From positions 42,105 to 106,104 of the forward strand of contig CAZWKQ010000004.1 of assembly GCA_964634005.1 (NCBI GenBank): a DNA stretch of 64,000 nt, given 5' to 3'. This stretch comes from an uncultured Bacteroides sp. (lineage in GTDB: Bacteria; Bacteroidota; Bacteroidia; Bacteroidales; JACABE01). Below the pieces are notes generated by a model. It did not search any database, was not told the origin of the DNA, and saw only the letters and a program-made list of their open reading frames with translations. Within the stretch, counting starts at the first letter, position 1. Every line of letters starts with the position of its first letter. Position numbers and translations under genes: made by a program. Positions 11,222 through 19,855 of this stretch are shown here, piece by piece.

Positions 11222-11491
11222 TTACTTTCTGATACCTAATTTTTTGATAATTTCTCTGTAGCGCTCAATATCCTTATTTTTTAAATAAGCCAGTAATTTT
11301 CTTCTTTTTCCTACCAAAAGCACTAATGAACGTTCGGTAGCCAAGTCTTTTCTGTTGACTTTTAAATGTTCAGTAAGGTATTTTATTCTATGAGTAAATA
11401 AAGCAATTTGTCCCTCTGTTGAACCACTGTCAAACTCTGATTTTCCGTATTCTTTAAAAATTTCTTTTTTATTAATCGCTTTAAATTGCAT
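11222..11491 (-). CDS. rpsO: 30S ribosomal protein S15
   Basis: 89 aa with the typical S15 sequence (GSTEGQIALFTHRIKYLTEHLKVNRKD). Confidence 0.95.
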   Translation of the reverse strand: MQFKAINKKEIFKEYGKSEFDSGSTEGQIALFTHRIKYLTEHLKVNRKDLATERSLVLLVGKRRKLLAYLKNKDIERYREIIKKLGIRK

Positions 11492-11517
11492 ATTTTTAAG
11501 TCTTTAATTTGAGTTTG

Positions 11518-11525
11518 CAAAATTA
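11518..11525 (-). promoter_or_regulatory. -7 promoter box (TAATTTTG on minus strand) for rpsO
   Basis: The plus strand reads CAAAATTA, the reverse complement of TAATTTTG. It sits about 27 nt upstream of the rpsO start codon. Confidence 0.4.
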
Positions 11526-11631
11526 CATATTATTTTTTATTTAAAACTCTTTTTTTTATTTTTTTTTAATAATTTTGATTTCAAATTTTATAATATTGAA
11601 AATCAGTATTATTTAATAAAAGAATTTTTTA

Positions 11632-11639
11632 TAAATTTG
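11632..11639 (+). promoter_or_regulatory. -7 promoter box (TAAATTTG) for the SDR gene
   Basis: Exact TAnnTTTG match 10 nt before the ATG, which would give a near-leaderless mRNA. Confidence 0.35.
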
Positions 11640-11649
11640 CAAAAAAAAT

Positions 11650-12336
11650 ATGAATATAATTGTTACCGGATGTAGCCGGGGAATAGGTCTTGAACTCGTA
11701 AAACTCTTTTGTGCAGACGAAGGGAATAATGTTGTAGGGATTTCGAGAAATATTGGTTCGGTTGTCAATGAAATTAAAACCGCAAAAAATACTTTTTTCT
11801 ATCCAATTACTTATGATTTAAATTCTTTAAATATTGATTTGAAGGAAATTGTATTATCGAAAATTAATAGTGCAGATATATTGATAAATAATGTCGGACT
11901 GCTTATTAATAAACGTTTTGAGGATTTTACCGATGATGAATTCGATTTACTGTTTAATACCAATGTAAAGAGTGTATTTAAACTCGTCAGATTATTTATT
12001 AATAATATGAATAACCCTTCTCATATTGTAAATATCAGCAGTATGGGTGGTTTTCAGGGAAGTGCCAAATTTAGCGGCTTATCGTTGTACAGTTCGAGTA
12101 AAGGAGCCTTGAATACACTAACAGAATGTATGGCCGAAGAATTTAAAGATAAAGGCATTTCAGTCAATAGTTTATGTTTAGGAGCAGTAAATACCGAAAT
12201 GCTTAGAATTGCCTTCCCCGGATATAAAGCTCAAACAGAACCCGATAAAATGGCTTCTTTTATTAAAAATTTTTCAGAAAATTGTGCTTCGGTTTTTAAT
12301 GGAAAAATATTACCCGTTTCAATATCTACACCTTAA
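11650..12336 (+). CDS. Short-chain dehydrogenase/reductase (SDR) family oxidoreductase
   Basis: 228 aa with the TGCSRGIG cofactor motif, NNVG, and the catalytic S...YSSSK (YxxxK). Confidence 0.8.
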   Translation: MNIIVTGCSRGIGLELVKLFCADEGNNVVGISRNIGSVVNEIKTAKNTFFYPITYDLNSLNIDLKEIVLSKINSADILINNVGLLINKRFEDFTDDEFDLLFNTNVKSVFKLVRLFINNMNNPSHIVNISSMGGFQGSAKFSGLSLYSSSKGALNTLTECMAEEFKDKGISVNSLCLGAVNTEMLRIAFPGYKAQTEPDKMASFIKNFSENCASVFNGKILPVSISTP

Positions 12337-12348
12337 ATATATATACTA

Positions 12349-12768
12349 ATGAATAAAATTTGTCACGAAGGAATTATTAAAAATATTAATGAAAATAAAG
12401 TTGAAGTATCTGTAATTTCGGCTTCAGCATGTGCAAGCTGTCATTCGAAAGGTTTGTGCAATTTATCTGAAATTCAGGAAAAAACTATCGATGTTGAATC
12501 AAATAATCCGACACAGTTTAATGTAGGAGATAAAGTAAATATTTATATGACTCGAACTATGGGAAATAAAGCCGTGTTTATTGGATATTTCCTGCCATTT
12601 ATTGTAATGATGACAATAATTATTGTTTTAGCTTATTTCAATATAAGTGAATTAATTATCGGTTTGTCAACACTAGGTGTTGTAGCGGTTTATTATTTCA
12701 TTCTTTACTTATTTAAAAATAAAATCAATAAGCAATTCAGTTTTTCAGTTAAAAAAATAAGTGAATAA
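12349..12768 (+). CDS. rseC: RseC/MucC-family (SoxR-reducing system) membrane protein
   Basis: 139 aa with an N-terminal Cys-rich OB-like part (ASACASCHSKGLC) and two C-terminal TM helices. Its position upstream of the rnf genes is typical for this family. Confidence 0.7.
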   Translation: MNKICHEGIIKNINENKVEVSVISASACASCHSKGLCNLSEIQEKTIDVESNNPTQFNVGDKVNIYMTRTMGNKAVFIGYFLPFIVMMTIIIVLAYFNISELIIGLSTLGVVAVYYFILYLFKNKINKQFSFSVKKISE

Positions 12769-13010
12769 TAATCAGAGTACTTTAAATAGACTGAAATTCT
12801 ATAAATTAAAATAGGGTATTTTATTTTTTTAAATCCGAAAATGAAATTTATATTAAATCTAAACTAAAATGTAAATTTCAGTTAATCAATAAAAAAGTAA
12901 TAATTAACAGACGATTACATTTATAAGCCATTCTTTATATATTTGATTTTCAAAATTCTACGTAAAATCAAAAAAAGTATCTTTAATAATACGTATTTGC
13001 TTTTTGTTTT

Positions 13011-13018
13011 TAATTTTG
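13011..13018 (+). promoter_or_regulatory. -7 promoter box (TAATTTTG) for the rnf operon
   Basis: Exact TAnnTTTG match about 100 nt upstream of the rnfB GTG. A second match (TATATTTG) lies at 12938-12945. Confidence 0.35.
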
Positions 13019-13036
13019 CCGAAACATTAAGTTTAC

Positions 13037-13062
13037 ATTGACAATTATGTTTAGTTGTCAAT
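13037..13062. promoter_or_regulatory. Perfect inverted repeat ATTGACAA-N10-TTGTCAAT (candidate operator) in the rnfB leader
   Basis: 8-bp arms at 13037-13044 and 13055-13062. The repeat sits just downstream of the candidate -7 box and about 55 nt upstream of the rnfB start. Confidence 0.3.
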
Positions 13063-13117
13063 ATAATTATAAGTAGCGTTAAAATTACAAATTCTTAAAA
13101 ATTAAGGAGATAATTAC

Positions 13118-13984
13118 GTGAATCAAGTTCTTTTATACTCAATTGTTACGTTAAGTGCAATAGGTGCGATAGCAGGAGTAGTACTATATTTTGTTGCACA
13201 AAAGTTTAAAGTTGAAGAAGATCCCAGAATAGATGAAATTGCAGAAAAACTTCCCGGAGCAAATTGCGGTGGATGCGGATTTGCAGGGTGTAGAAATTTT
13301 GCTGAGGCAATAGTAAAAGCCGGAAATATGGACGAATTGAATTGTCCGGTTGGAGGAAATGCCTTGGTAAAGGATATTGCTCCGATTTTAGGGGTCGAAT
13401 CTGTTGAAAAAGAGCCTATGATTGCTGTTGTAAGATGCAATGGCTCGAAGAAAAATGCACCTCAAAAGATAGTTTACGACAGTGCTTCAACCTGTAGTTT
13501 TGCTCATAGCTTGTTTTCGGGCGAAAGCGGATGTCCTAATGGATGTTTAGGGTTAGGCGATTGTGTTGTATCATGTAAATTTGATGCAATTTATATTGAC
13601 GATACTACAGGTCTACCGGTTGTAAGCAACGAAAAATGTGTTGCCTGCGGTGCTTGTGTTAAAGCATGTCCGAGAAATATTATAGAATTAAGGAATAAAG
13701 GTAAAAAAGACAGGCGAATATATGTTTCATGTATAAATACCGAAAAAGGAGCTATAGCAAAGAAAAATTGCGAGGTTGCGTGTATCGGCTGCGGTAAATG
13801 TGTAAAAGCTTGTCCTTATGAAGCAATTACACTTAATAACAACCTTGCTTATATAGATTTTACTAAGTGTAAACTATGCAGAAAATGTGTTGAGGAATGT
13901 CCTACTAATGCTATAGTCGAGCTTAATTTCCCACCCAGAAAAGAAAAGTCAGAATCGAAATTAGAAGAAAATACCGTAATATAA
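13118..13984 (+). CDS. rnfB: Rnf electron transport complex subunit B
   Basis: 288 aa with an N-terminal TM helix, the LPGANCGGCGFAGC motif and several CxxCxxCxxxCP 4Fe-4S motifs. It has a GTG start with AAGGAG 8 nt upstream, and no in-frame ATG precedes the conserved region. Confidence 0.9.
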   Translation: MNQVLLYSIVTLSAIGAIAGVVLYFVAQKFKVEEDPRIDEIAEKLPGANCGGCGFAGCRNFAEAIVKAGNMDELNCPVGGNALVKDIAPILGVESVEKEPMIAVVRCNGSKKNAPQKIVYDSASTCSFAHSLFSGESGCPNGCLGLGDCVVSCKFDAIYIDDTTGLPVVSNEKCVACGACVKACPRNIIELRNKGKKDRRIYVSCINTEKGAIAKKNCEVACIGCGKCVKACPYEAITLNNNLAYIDFTKCKLCRKCVEECPTNAIVELNFPPRKEKSESKLEENTVI

Positions 13985-14011
13985 ATATAAAACTTTCAGG
14001 AGGAATCAACA

Positions 14012-15343
14012 TTGAAAACTTTTAAAATAGGCGGTGTTCATCCAGAAGAAAATAAAATTTCGGCAAATTCACCTATAGAGGTTATGCCGATCCCGCAAAA
14101 AGTATGCATCCCCGTAACACAGCATTTAGGTGCTCCGTCAACTTTGGTTGTTGAAAAAGGTGCAACAGTAAAAACAGGCCAATTGATAGCAAAAAGTGAT
14201 TCTTTTATCTGTGCAAACGTCCATTCTTCAGTTTCAGGAAAAGTAACTAAAATTGACGTCGCTACTGATACAAGTGGTTATAAAAAATTATCGGTTTTTA
14301 TTGATGTTGAAGGGGACGAATGGGAAGAAAGCATCGACAGAAGTACTAATATTGTCAGCGAATGTAAATTATCTCAATCCGAAATAATAGAAAAGATAAA
14401 AGAAATGGGCATAGTTGGTCTTGGTGGTGCCACTTTCCCAACTCATGTTAAATTGATGGTTCCAAAAGGCAAAACTGCCGAAGTACTTATTATCAATGGA
14501 GTTGAATGTGAGCCATATCTTACATCCGACCACAGAGTTATGCTTGAAAGAGGTGAAGAAATGATGATAGGTATCAGCATACTAATGAAAGGATTAGGAG
14601 TTGAGAGAGCCATTGTCGGTATTGAAAATAATAAACCTGATGCCATCGAACATCTTAAAAATCTCAGCAATAAATTCAAAGGCATTGAAATACAGGCATT
14701 GAAGGTAAAATATCCACAAGGAGCCGAAAAACAATTAATTAAGGCATTAATAAATCGTGAAGTGCCTTCAGGTAAGTTACCTATAGAGGTTGGATGCGTT
14801 GTAAGCAATGCCGGCACAGCTCTTGCAGTATACGAAGCAGTTCAGAAAAATAAACCTCTGATAGAAAGAGTAGTAACAGTAACAGGCAAATCGGTAAAAA
14901 AACCTTGTAATTTGCTTGTAAGAATTGGAACTTCGGTAAGCGAACTGATAGAAAAAGCAGGAGGATTGCCCGAAGATACCGGAAAAGTTATAAGCGGCGG
15001 ACCAATGATGGGTAAAGCTCTTAACAGCTTAGATGTACCTGTTGTAAAAGGAACGTCAGGAATATTGCTTATCACTGAAAAAGAAACCAGAAGGGTTCCG
15101 GTGGTTAATTGTATAAGATGCGGCAAATGTATAACAGTTTGTCCTATGGGATTAGAACCTTATTTGATAGCACAATTGGCACAAATCGGCAATTTCGAAC
15201 TAGCCGAAAATGAAAGGGTTATGGATTGTATTGAATGCGGTTCATGCCAATATACTTGTCCTTCGGGCAGACCTTTATTGGATTACATAAGAGTCGGAAA
15301 AATGAAAGTTGGTCAGATAATTAGAAACAGAGCAAATAATTAA
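14012..15343 (+). CDS. rnfC: Rnf electron transport complex subunit C
   Basis: 443 aa with the GGVHP N-terminus, a NADH/FMN-binding region (GLGGATFPTHVK) and two 4Fe-4S motifs (CIRCGKCITVCP, CIECGSCQYTCP). It has a TTG start preceded by AGGAGG. The first ATG would delete the conserved GGVHP segment. Confidence 0.9.
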   Translation: MKTFKIGGVHPEENKISANSPIEVMPIPQKVCIPVTQHLGAPSTLVVEKGATVKTGQLIAKSDSFICANVHSSVSGKVTKIDVATDTSGYKKLSVFIDVEGDEWEESIDRSTNIVSECKLSQSEIIEKIKEMGIVGLGGATFPTHVKLMVPKGKTAEVLIINGVECEPYLTSDHRVMLERGEEMMIGISILMKGLGVERAIVGIENNKPDAIEHLKNLSNKFKGIEIQALKVKYPQGAEKQLIKALINREVPSGKLPIEVGCVVSNAGTALAVYEAVQKNKPLIERVVTVTGKSVKKPCNLLVRIGTSVSELIEKAGGLPEDTGKVISGGPMMGKALNSLDVPVVKGTSGILLITEKETRRVPVVNCIRCGKCITVCPMGLEPYLIAQLAQIGNFELAENERVMDCIECGSCQYTCPSGRPLLDYIRVGKMKVGQIIRNRANN

Positions 15344-15346
15344 GAC

Positions 15347-16336
15347 ATGGGATTACTTACAGTTTCAGGTTCACCGCACGTACATGGTGAACAATCGGTC
15401 AAAAAAATAATGTGGGGAGTAGTAATTGCACTTATTCCCGCTATGTTGGTTTCGTTTTGGTATTTTGGTTTACCTGCTATTATCGTTACTCTTACTGCAG
15501 TTATATCATGTTTGGTATTCGAGTATTTAATTCAGAAATATATCCTGAAAGAAACGCCTACAATAACTGATGGTTCGGCGGTAATAACCGGTATTTTGCT
15601 TGCTTTTAATGTCCCAAGCAGTCTACCTCTATGGCAAATGATAATTGGGTCGCTTGTTGCAATAGGTATAGCAAAAATGACTTTTGGCGGTTTAGGGAAA
15701 AATCCTTTTAACCCCGCTCTTGTTGGTCGTGTTTTCTTACTTATCTCTTTTCCGGTTGATATGACAACTTGGCCTAAACCGGTACCGGTTTGGACACTGG
15801 CAGATGCAGTTACAGGTCCTACATCTTTAGGAGTATTGAAAGAAGGCTTAGCTAAAGGAGATACTGTATCACAACTTGCATCTCATTTGCCATCCATGCA
15901 AAATTTATTCATTGGCGGTGTTGGCGGTTCACTCGGAGAGGTTTCGGCATTAGCATTGATTATTGGAGGTATTTATATGCTTATAAGAAGAATTATTTCA
16001 TGGCATATTCCCGTATCTTACATATTAACTGTTGCTATATTTACAGGTATTATGTGGAATATTAATCCCGAAAGATACATAAATCCATTATTTCATTTGT
16101 TTGCCGGTGGTTTGATGCTTGGTGCAATTTTTATGGCAACCGATATGGTAACTTCGCCTATGAGCTATTCGGGTATGATTATTTTTGGAATAGGATGCGG
16201 AGTGCTTACAGTTTTAATACGTTTATGGGGTGCTTATCCCGAAGGTGTTTCTTTTGCAATATTAATAATGAACGCTTTGGTTCCTTTAATCAACAAAGGA
16301 TTTAAACCAAAACGATTTGGAGAAGTAATAAAATAA
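15347..16336 (+). CDS. rnfD: Rnf electron transport complex subunit D
   Basis: 329 aa polytopic membrane protein of the NqrB/RnfD family (SGSPHVH..., FMATDMVTSP). Confidence 0.9.
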   Translation: MGLLTVSGSPHVHGEQSVKKIMWGVVIALIPAMLVSFWYFGLPAIIVTLTAVISCLVFEYLIQKYILKETPTITDGSAVITGILLAFNVPSSLPLWQMIIGSLVAIGIAKMTFGGLGKNPFNPALVGRVFLLISFPVDMTTWPKPVPVWTLADAVTGPTSLGVLKEGLAKGDTVSQLASHLPSMQNLFIGGVGGSLGEVSALALIIGGIYMLIRRIISWHIPVSYILTVAIFTGIMWNINPERYINPLFHLFAGGLMLGAIFMATDMVTSPMSYSGMIIFGIGCGVLTVLIRLWGAYPEGVSFAILIMNALVPLINKGFKPKRFGEVIK

Positions 16337-16363
16337 ATTTCTTTCATTTTAATTTTAAAAAAA

Positions 16364-17416
16364 ATGGCAAAAACAGAATCGAATTTTATTAATATGCTGA
16401 TAACACTTTTTGGAGTTACTTTGATAGCTTCTGTGTCATTGGCTCTTGTTTACAATATAACCAAAGAACCTATCGAAAAATCAAAAACTTTGAAAAAAGA
16501 AAAGGCCATGAGTATTGTTTTGCCTAAATTCGACAAAATAATCACTCATAAGGTTTTACCTCCTGATAGTAAAGATTCGGTTGAAGTAAATGTTGCATAT
16601 AATGGAGAAGAAAATGTTGGTGTTGCAATAGAAACATATACCGATCTTGGTTTTGGAGGCAGAATCAGAGCTATTGTAGGAATAAAGAAAGATGGTTCTA
16701 TACACGATGTTGTTCACCTCGAACATAAAGAAACTCCGGGATTGGGTGATAAAATTGAAAAGTCAAAATCGAATTGGAGCAACCAGTTTCGTGGTAAAAC
16801 TTCAAGCAGTTTCCCTCTAAGAGTTAAAAAAGACGGTGGAGATGTTGATGCCATTACTGCATCGACAATTTCATCAAGAGCTTATTGCGATGCCATTAAC
16901 AGAGCATATAGTGTATTCACCATGGAGTTTAATAAAGATAGTGAAAATAATAATCAAAACGAACAAAAAGGATTAACCGGTTTTCAAATAACTAATGACG
17001 ACTATTTTAAAAAAGTTTTACCAGCATTCGACAATTCGCCTTTAAAAACTGTAAAAAAGATTGATAATTTCGAAATTTATAAAGCTACATACAAAGGAGC
17101 TGTTGTAGGATATGCAGTTAAAACTTGTGCCAAAGGATACAATGACAATATTTGGCTTTTAACCGGCTTTTTGAATAATGGGAAAATAAATAACATTATA
17201 GTGCTATTATTTCAGAAAGAAACTGTCGGAAGAGGAGATGAAATTAAAGACGAAATTTTTATTAAACAATTTAGAGGAGTTGATCCTGCAAAGTGTAAAA
17301 TTGCTTTAAAAGAAAGTGGAGGAAATATTGATGCAATTTCAGGCTCTACAATTAGTACTGAAGCTTTTTGTAAAGCACTTCAACGTGCTATTGACTTATA
17401 TAATAAGGAGAAATAA
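16364..17416 (+). CDS. rnfG: Rnf electron transport complex subunit G, unusual tandem form with two FMN-binding modules
   Basis: 350 aa. Residues about 1-190 form a complete RnfG (TM anchor, HKETPGLGDKI, GGDVDAITASTISS). After the linker NKDSENNNQNEQKG, a second module repeats the same pattern (QKETVGRGDEI, GGNIDAISGSTIST). Confidence 0.85.
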   Translation: MAKTESNFINMLITLFGVTLIASVSLALVYNITKEPIEKSKTLKKEKAMSIVLPKFDKIITHKVLPPDSKDSVEVNVAYNGEENVGVAIETYTDLGFGGRIRAIVGIKKDGSIHDVVHLEHKETPGLGDKIEKSKSNWSNQFRGKTSSSFPLRVKKDGGDVDAITASTISSRAYCDAINRAYSVFTMEFNKDSENNNQNEQKGLTGFQITNDDYFKKVLPAFDNSPLKTVKKIDNFEIYKATYKGAVVGYAVKTCAKGYNDNIWLLTGFLNNGKINNIIVLLFQKETVGRGDEIKDEIFIKQFRGVDPAKCKIALKESGGNIDAISGSTISTEAFCKALQRAIDLYNKEK

Positions 17417-17418
17417 AT

Positions 17419-18024
17419 ATGAATAATCTGAAAAATTTCACCAAAGGTTTTATCAAAGAAAATCCGGTATTTATTCTTTTACTCGGATGTTGTCCTACAT
17501 TGGGAGTAAGTACCTCTGCCATTAATGGATTGGGAATGGGACTTGCAACTACATTTGTTCTTGTTATGTCAAATATTGTAATATCTTCTGTTAAAAATTT
17601 TATTCCCGATAAAGTAAGAATTCCGTCATTTATAGTAATTATTGCTTCTTTTGTTACAATAGTTCAATTAGTAATGGAAGGCTTTGTACCCGATTTGTAC
17701 GAGAGTTTGGGGTTGTTTATACCTTTAATAGTTGTAAATTGTATTGTACTCGGCAGAGCAGAAGCATTTGCTTCAAAAAATACAATTTTTTCATCGCTAA
17801 TTGACGGATTAGGAATGGGTTTGGGATTTGCATTTGCACTAACTTTACTCGGAAGTATCAGAGAATTATTAGGTTCAGGAAAAATATTCGGAATAAACCT
17901 TGGGTTGTTCCCATTGGATAAAGATGGAAATCCTGTAGTAATACTTGTTTTCGTACTGGCTCCGGGTGCTTTTCTTGCATTAGGTTATTTAGTTGCATTA
18001 ATTAATAAATTAAAAAAAGCATAA
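17419..18024 (+). CDS. rnfE: Rnf electron transport complex subunit E
   Basis: 201 aa of the NqrD/RnfE family (LGCCPTLGVSTS, IVVNCIVLGRAEAF). AAGGAG lies 8 nt upstream of the ATG. Confidence 0.9.
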   Translation: MNNLKNFTKGFIKENPVFILLLGCCPTLGVSTSAINGLGMGLATTFVLVMSNIVISSVKNFIPDKVRIPSFIVIIASFVTIVQLVMEGFVPDLYESLGLFIPLIVVNCIVLGRAEAFASKNTIFSSLIDGLGMGLGFAFALTLLGSIRELLGSGKIFGINLGLFPLDKDGNPVVILVFVLAPGAFLALGYLVALINKLKKA

Positions 18025-18036
18025 AAAGAATTTAAT

Positions 18037-18612
18037 ATGGAATACATAATAATTATTATATCAGCAGTTTTTGTTAATAATATTGTCCTTGCTCAGTTTT
18101 TGGGGATATGTCCTTTTCTGGGGGTTTCATCAAGGGTTTCCACATCTGTAGGAATGGGTGGAGCAGTTTTATTTGTTATGACATTGGCTACTCTTGTTAC
18201 TTACCTTGTTTTTACTTATATATTAATCCCTCTAAACATAACTTATCTTCAGACAATAGTTTACATTCTTATTATTGCTGCATTAGTTCAAATGGTAGAA
18301 ATAATATTAAAAAAAGCAAGTCCTTCTTTATATCAAGCGCTTGGAATATTTTTGCCATTGATTACTACAAACTGTGCTGTGCTTGGAGTTGCTATTCTCA
18401 CTATTCAGAAAGATTATAATTTGATAGAAAGCATTGTGTTTGCAATTGCCAATTCATTGGGATTTTCTCTTGCTTTGATTATTTTTGCCGGAATAAGAGA
18501 ACATTTAGAAATTATCGGTATGCCAAAAGGAATGAAGGGTGCGCCTATTGCTCTGATTGTTGCAGGGATTTTAGCCTTGTCATTCATGGGTTTTGCCGGT
18601 TTGGTAAAATAA
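18037..18612 (+). CDS. rnfA: Rnf electron transport complex subunit A
   Basis: 191 aa of the NqrE/RnfA family (LGICPFLGVS, PLITTNCAVLGV). Confidence 0.9.
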   Translation: MEYIIIIISAVFVNNIVLAQFLGICPFLGVSSRVSTSVGMGGAVLFVMTLATLVTYLVFTYILIPLNITYLQTIVYILIIAALVQMVEIILKKASPSLYQALGIFLPLITTNCAVLGVAILTIQKDYNLIESIVFAIANSLGFSLALIIFAGIREHLEIIGMPKGMKGAPIALIVAGILALSFMGFAGLVK

Positions 18613-18846
18613 TTTATTTACAGCCTCTTAGCAGAATCTACATTTTTTTAATCAAAACTTAAATTATTGGTTAAGAGAGTCTATTGTTGACTTATCACAC
18701 CTGAAAATTTTTACATATTAATAAGCAAAACTTCAAATCTGCTCCATTCTGATAAAAAAGGTGGAAATACAAATTCTTGATTTTAAGGCTTATATTTCTT
18801 GACTCTTTAATCATTTATCAATTATTGTTTATTTAGTTTTTTTACT

Positions 18847-18854
18847 TATTTTTG
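18847..18854 (+). promoter_or_regulatory. -7 promoter box (TATTTTTG) for corA
   Basis: Exact TAnnTTTG match 62 nt upstream of the corA ATG. Confidence 0.35.
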
Positions 18855-18916
18855 AAAAAAATAATTTATCGTGTAGAGGTCTGATATTCAAATATTCTGT
18901 ATTGGGAGGATAAAAA

Positions 18917-19825
18917 ATGATAGAAACAATAGAATCCGGTAAAATCAAATGGTATCATATACTAAATCCTTCCGATGAGGACTTAAGTTTTTTAAAAACA
19001 AACTTCAATTTTCATGATCTTGATATTGAAGATTGTAAGAGCATAAATCAAAGGCCAAAGATAGACATTTACGATGATTATAATTTTCTGATTTTACATT
19101 TTCCGTATTTAGATAAAGCCAATAAGTTTGTAAGAACTAAAGAAGTTAAAATATTTTGGGGCGAAAACTATATAATAAGTATAGGGAAATCGCATTGGGT
19201 AGTAAAAAATCTTTTTAATTCGTTTAAAGAAAACCCTTCAAAATTCAACGAAGCCATACTTGAAAGCAGCGATGGGTTGTTATATACCATACTCGACAGA
19301 CTGATGGTCGAAACATACTCATTATTGTTAAGATTAGGCGGCGAAGTTGAATTAATAAACAGAGAGTTGTTTAATAAAAAAGCGGTTAAAACAATTGAAA
19401 GAATATCAGTTACCCGTAAAAATATAATTTTAATAAACACAATTTTTAAACCTCAACTTCGGTTGTTTCATAAATTTGAATCGGGCGATATAAAAGGCTT
19501 TTCAGAAGGGATGGAAGATTACTGGGGCAATATTTTGGATTATTACCAAAAAATGTGGGATATGGTCGAAGATTATGCCGAGTTAATAGAGGGTTTGTCA
19601 AAAACTTTTGATTCTCTTCAGACTAACAGAATTAATGAGATTATGAAAATACTAACCTTTTTCTCTTCCATAATGCTTCCTCTTACAATGCTTTCGGGTA
19701 TGTATGGTATGAATGTAGCCCTCCCGTTACAGGAACATCCTTATGCTTTTTGGATAGTATCTTCTATAATGGGTTTAATTGTTATATCGCTGCTTATTTA
19801 TTTCAAAAGAAAAAAATGGATGTAA
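18917..19825 (+). CDS. corA: CorA-family magnesium/cobalt transporter
   Basis: 302 aa with a cytoplasmic N-domain and two C-terminal TM helices carrying the YGMN motif (LSGMYGMNVALP). GGGAGG lies 7 nt upstream of the ATG. Confidence 0.85.
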   Translation: MIETIESGKIKWYHILNPSDEDLSFLKTNFNFHDLDIEDCKSINQRPKIDIYDDYNFLILHFPYLDKANKFVRTKEVKIFWGENYIISIGKSHWVVKNLFNSFKENPSKFNEAILESSDGLLYTILDRLMVETYSLLLRLGGEVELINRELFNKKAVKTIERISVTRKNIILINTIFKPQLRLFHKFESGDIKGFSEGMEDYWGNILDYYQKMWDMVEDYAELIEGLSKTFDSLQTNRINEIMKILTFFSSIMLPLTMLSGMYGMNVALPLQEHPYAFWIVSSIMGLIVISLLIYFKRKKWM

Positions 19826-19855
19826 ATCTTTATTAATACCCAATTTAAAAGTAGC

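Noticed and set aside
11492-11649. An S15 autoregulatory leader structure upstream of rpsO.
   Set aside because: The candidate -7 box leaves a leader of only about 20 nt of A/T-rich sequence, and I could find no pseudoknot or three-way junction.
12790-12882. 9-bp inverted repeats in the rseC-rnfB spacer: ACTGAAATT...AATTTCAGT spaced 75 nt apart, and TTTGATTTT-N13-AAAATCAAA near 12942-12972.
   Set aside because: These are AT-only arms in a very AT-rich spacer and are plausibly due to chance. There is no flanking T-run or other supporting feature.
18613-18916. A possible Mg2+ (M-box/ykoK) riboswitch upstream of corA.
   Set aside because: I could not find the extended multi-helix GC-containing core I associate with the M-box. 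The region is very AT-rich with only 3-5 bp hairpins. It would need a covariance-model scan to exclude formally.
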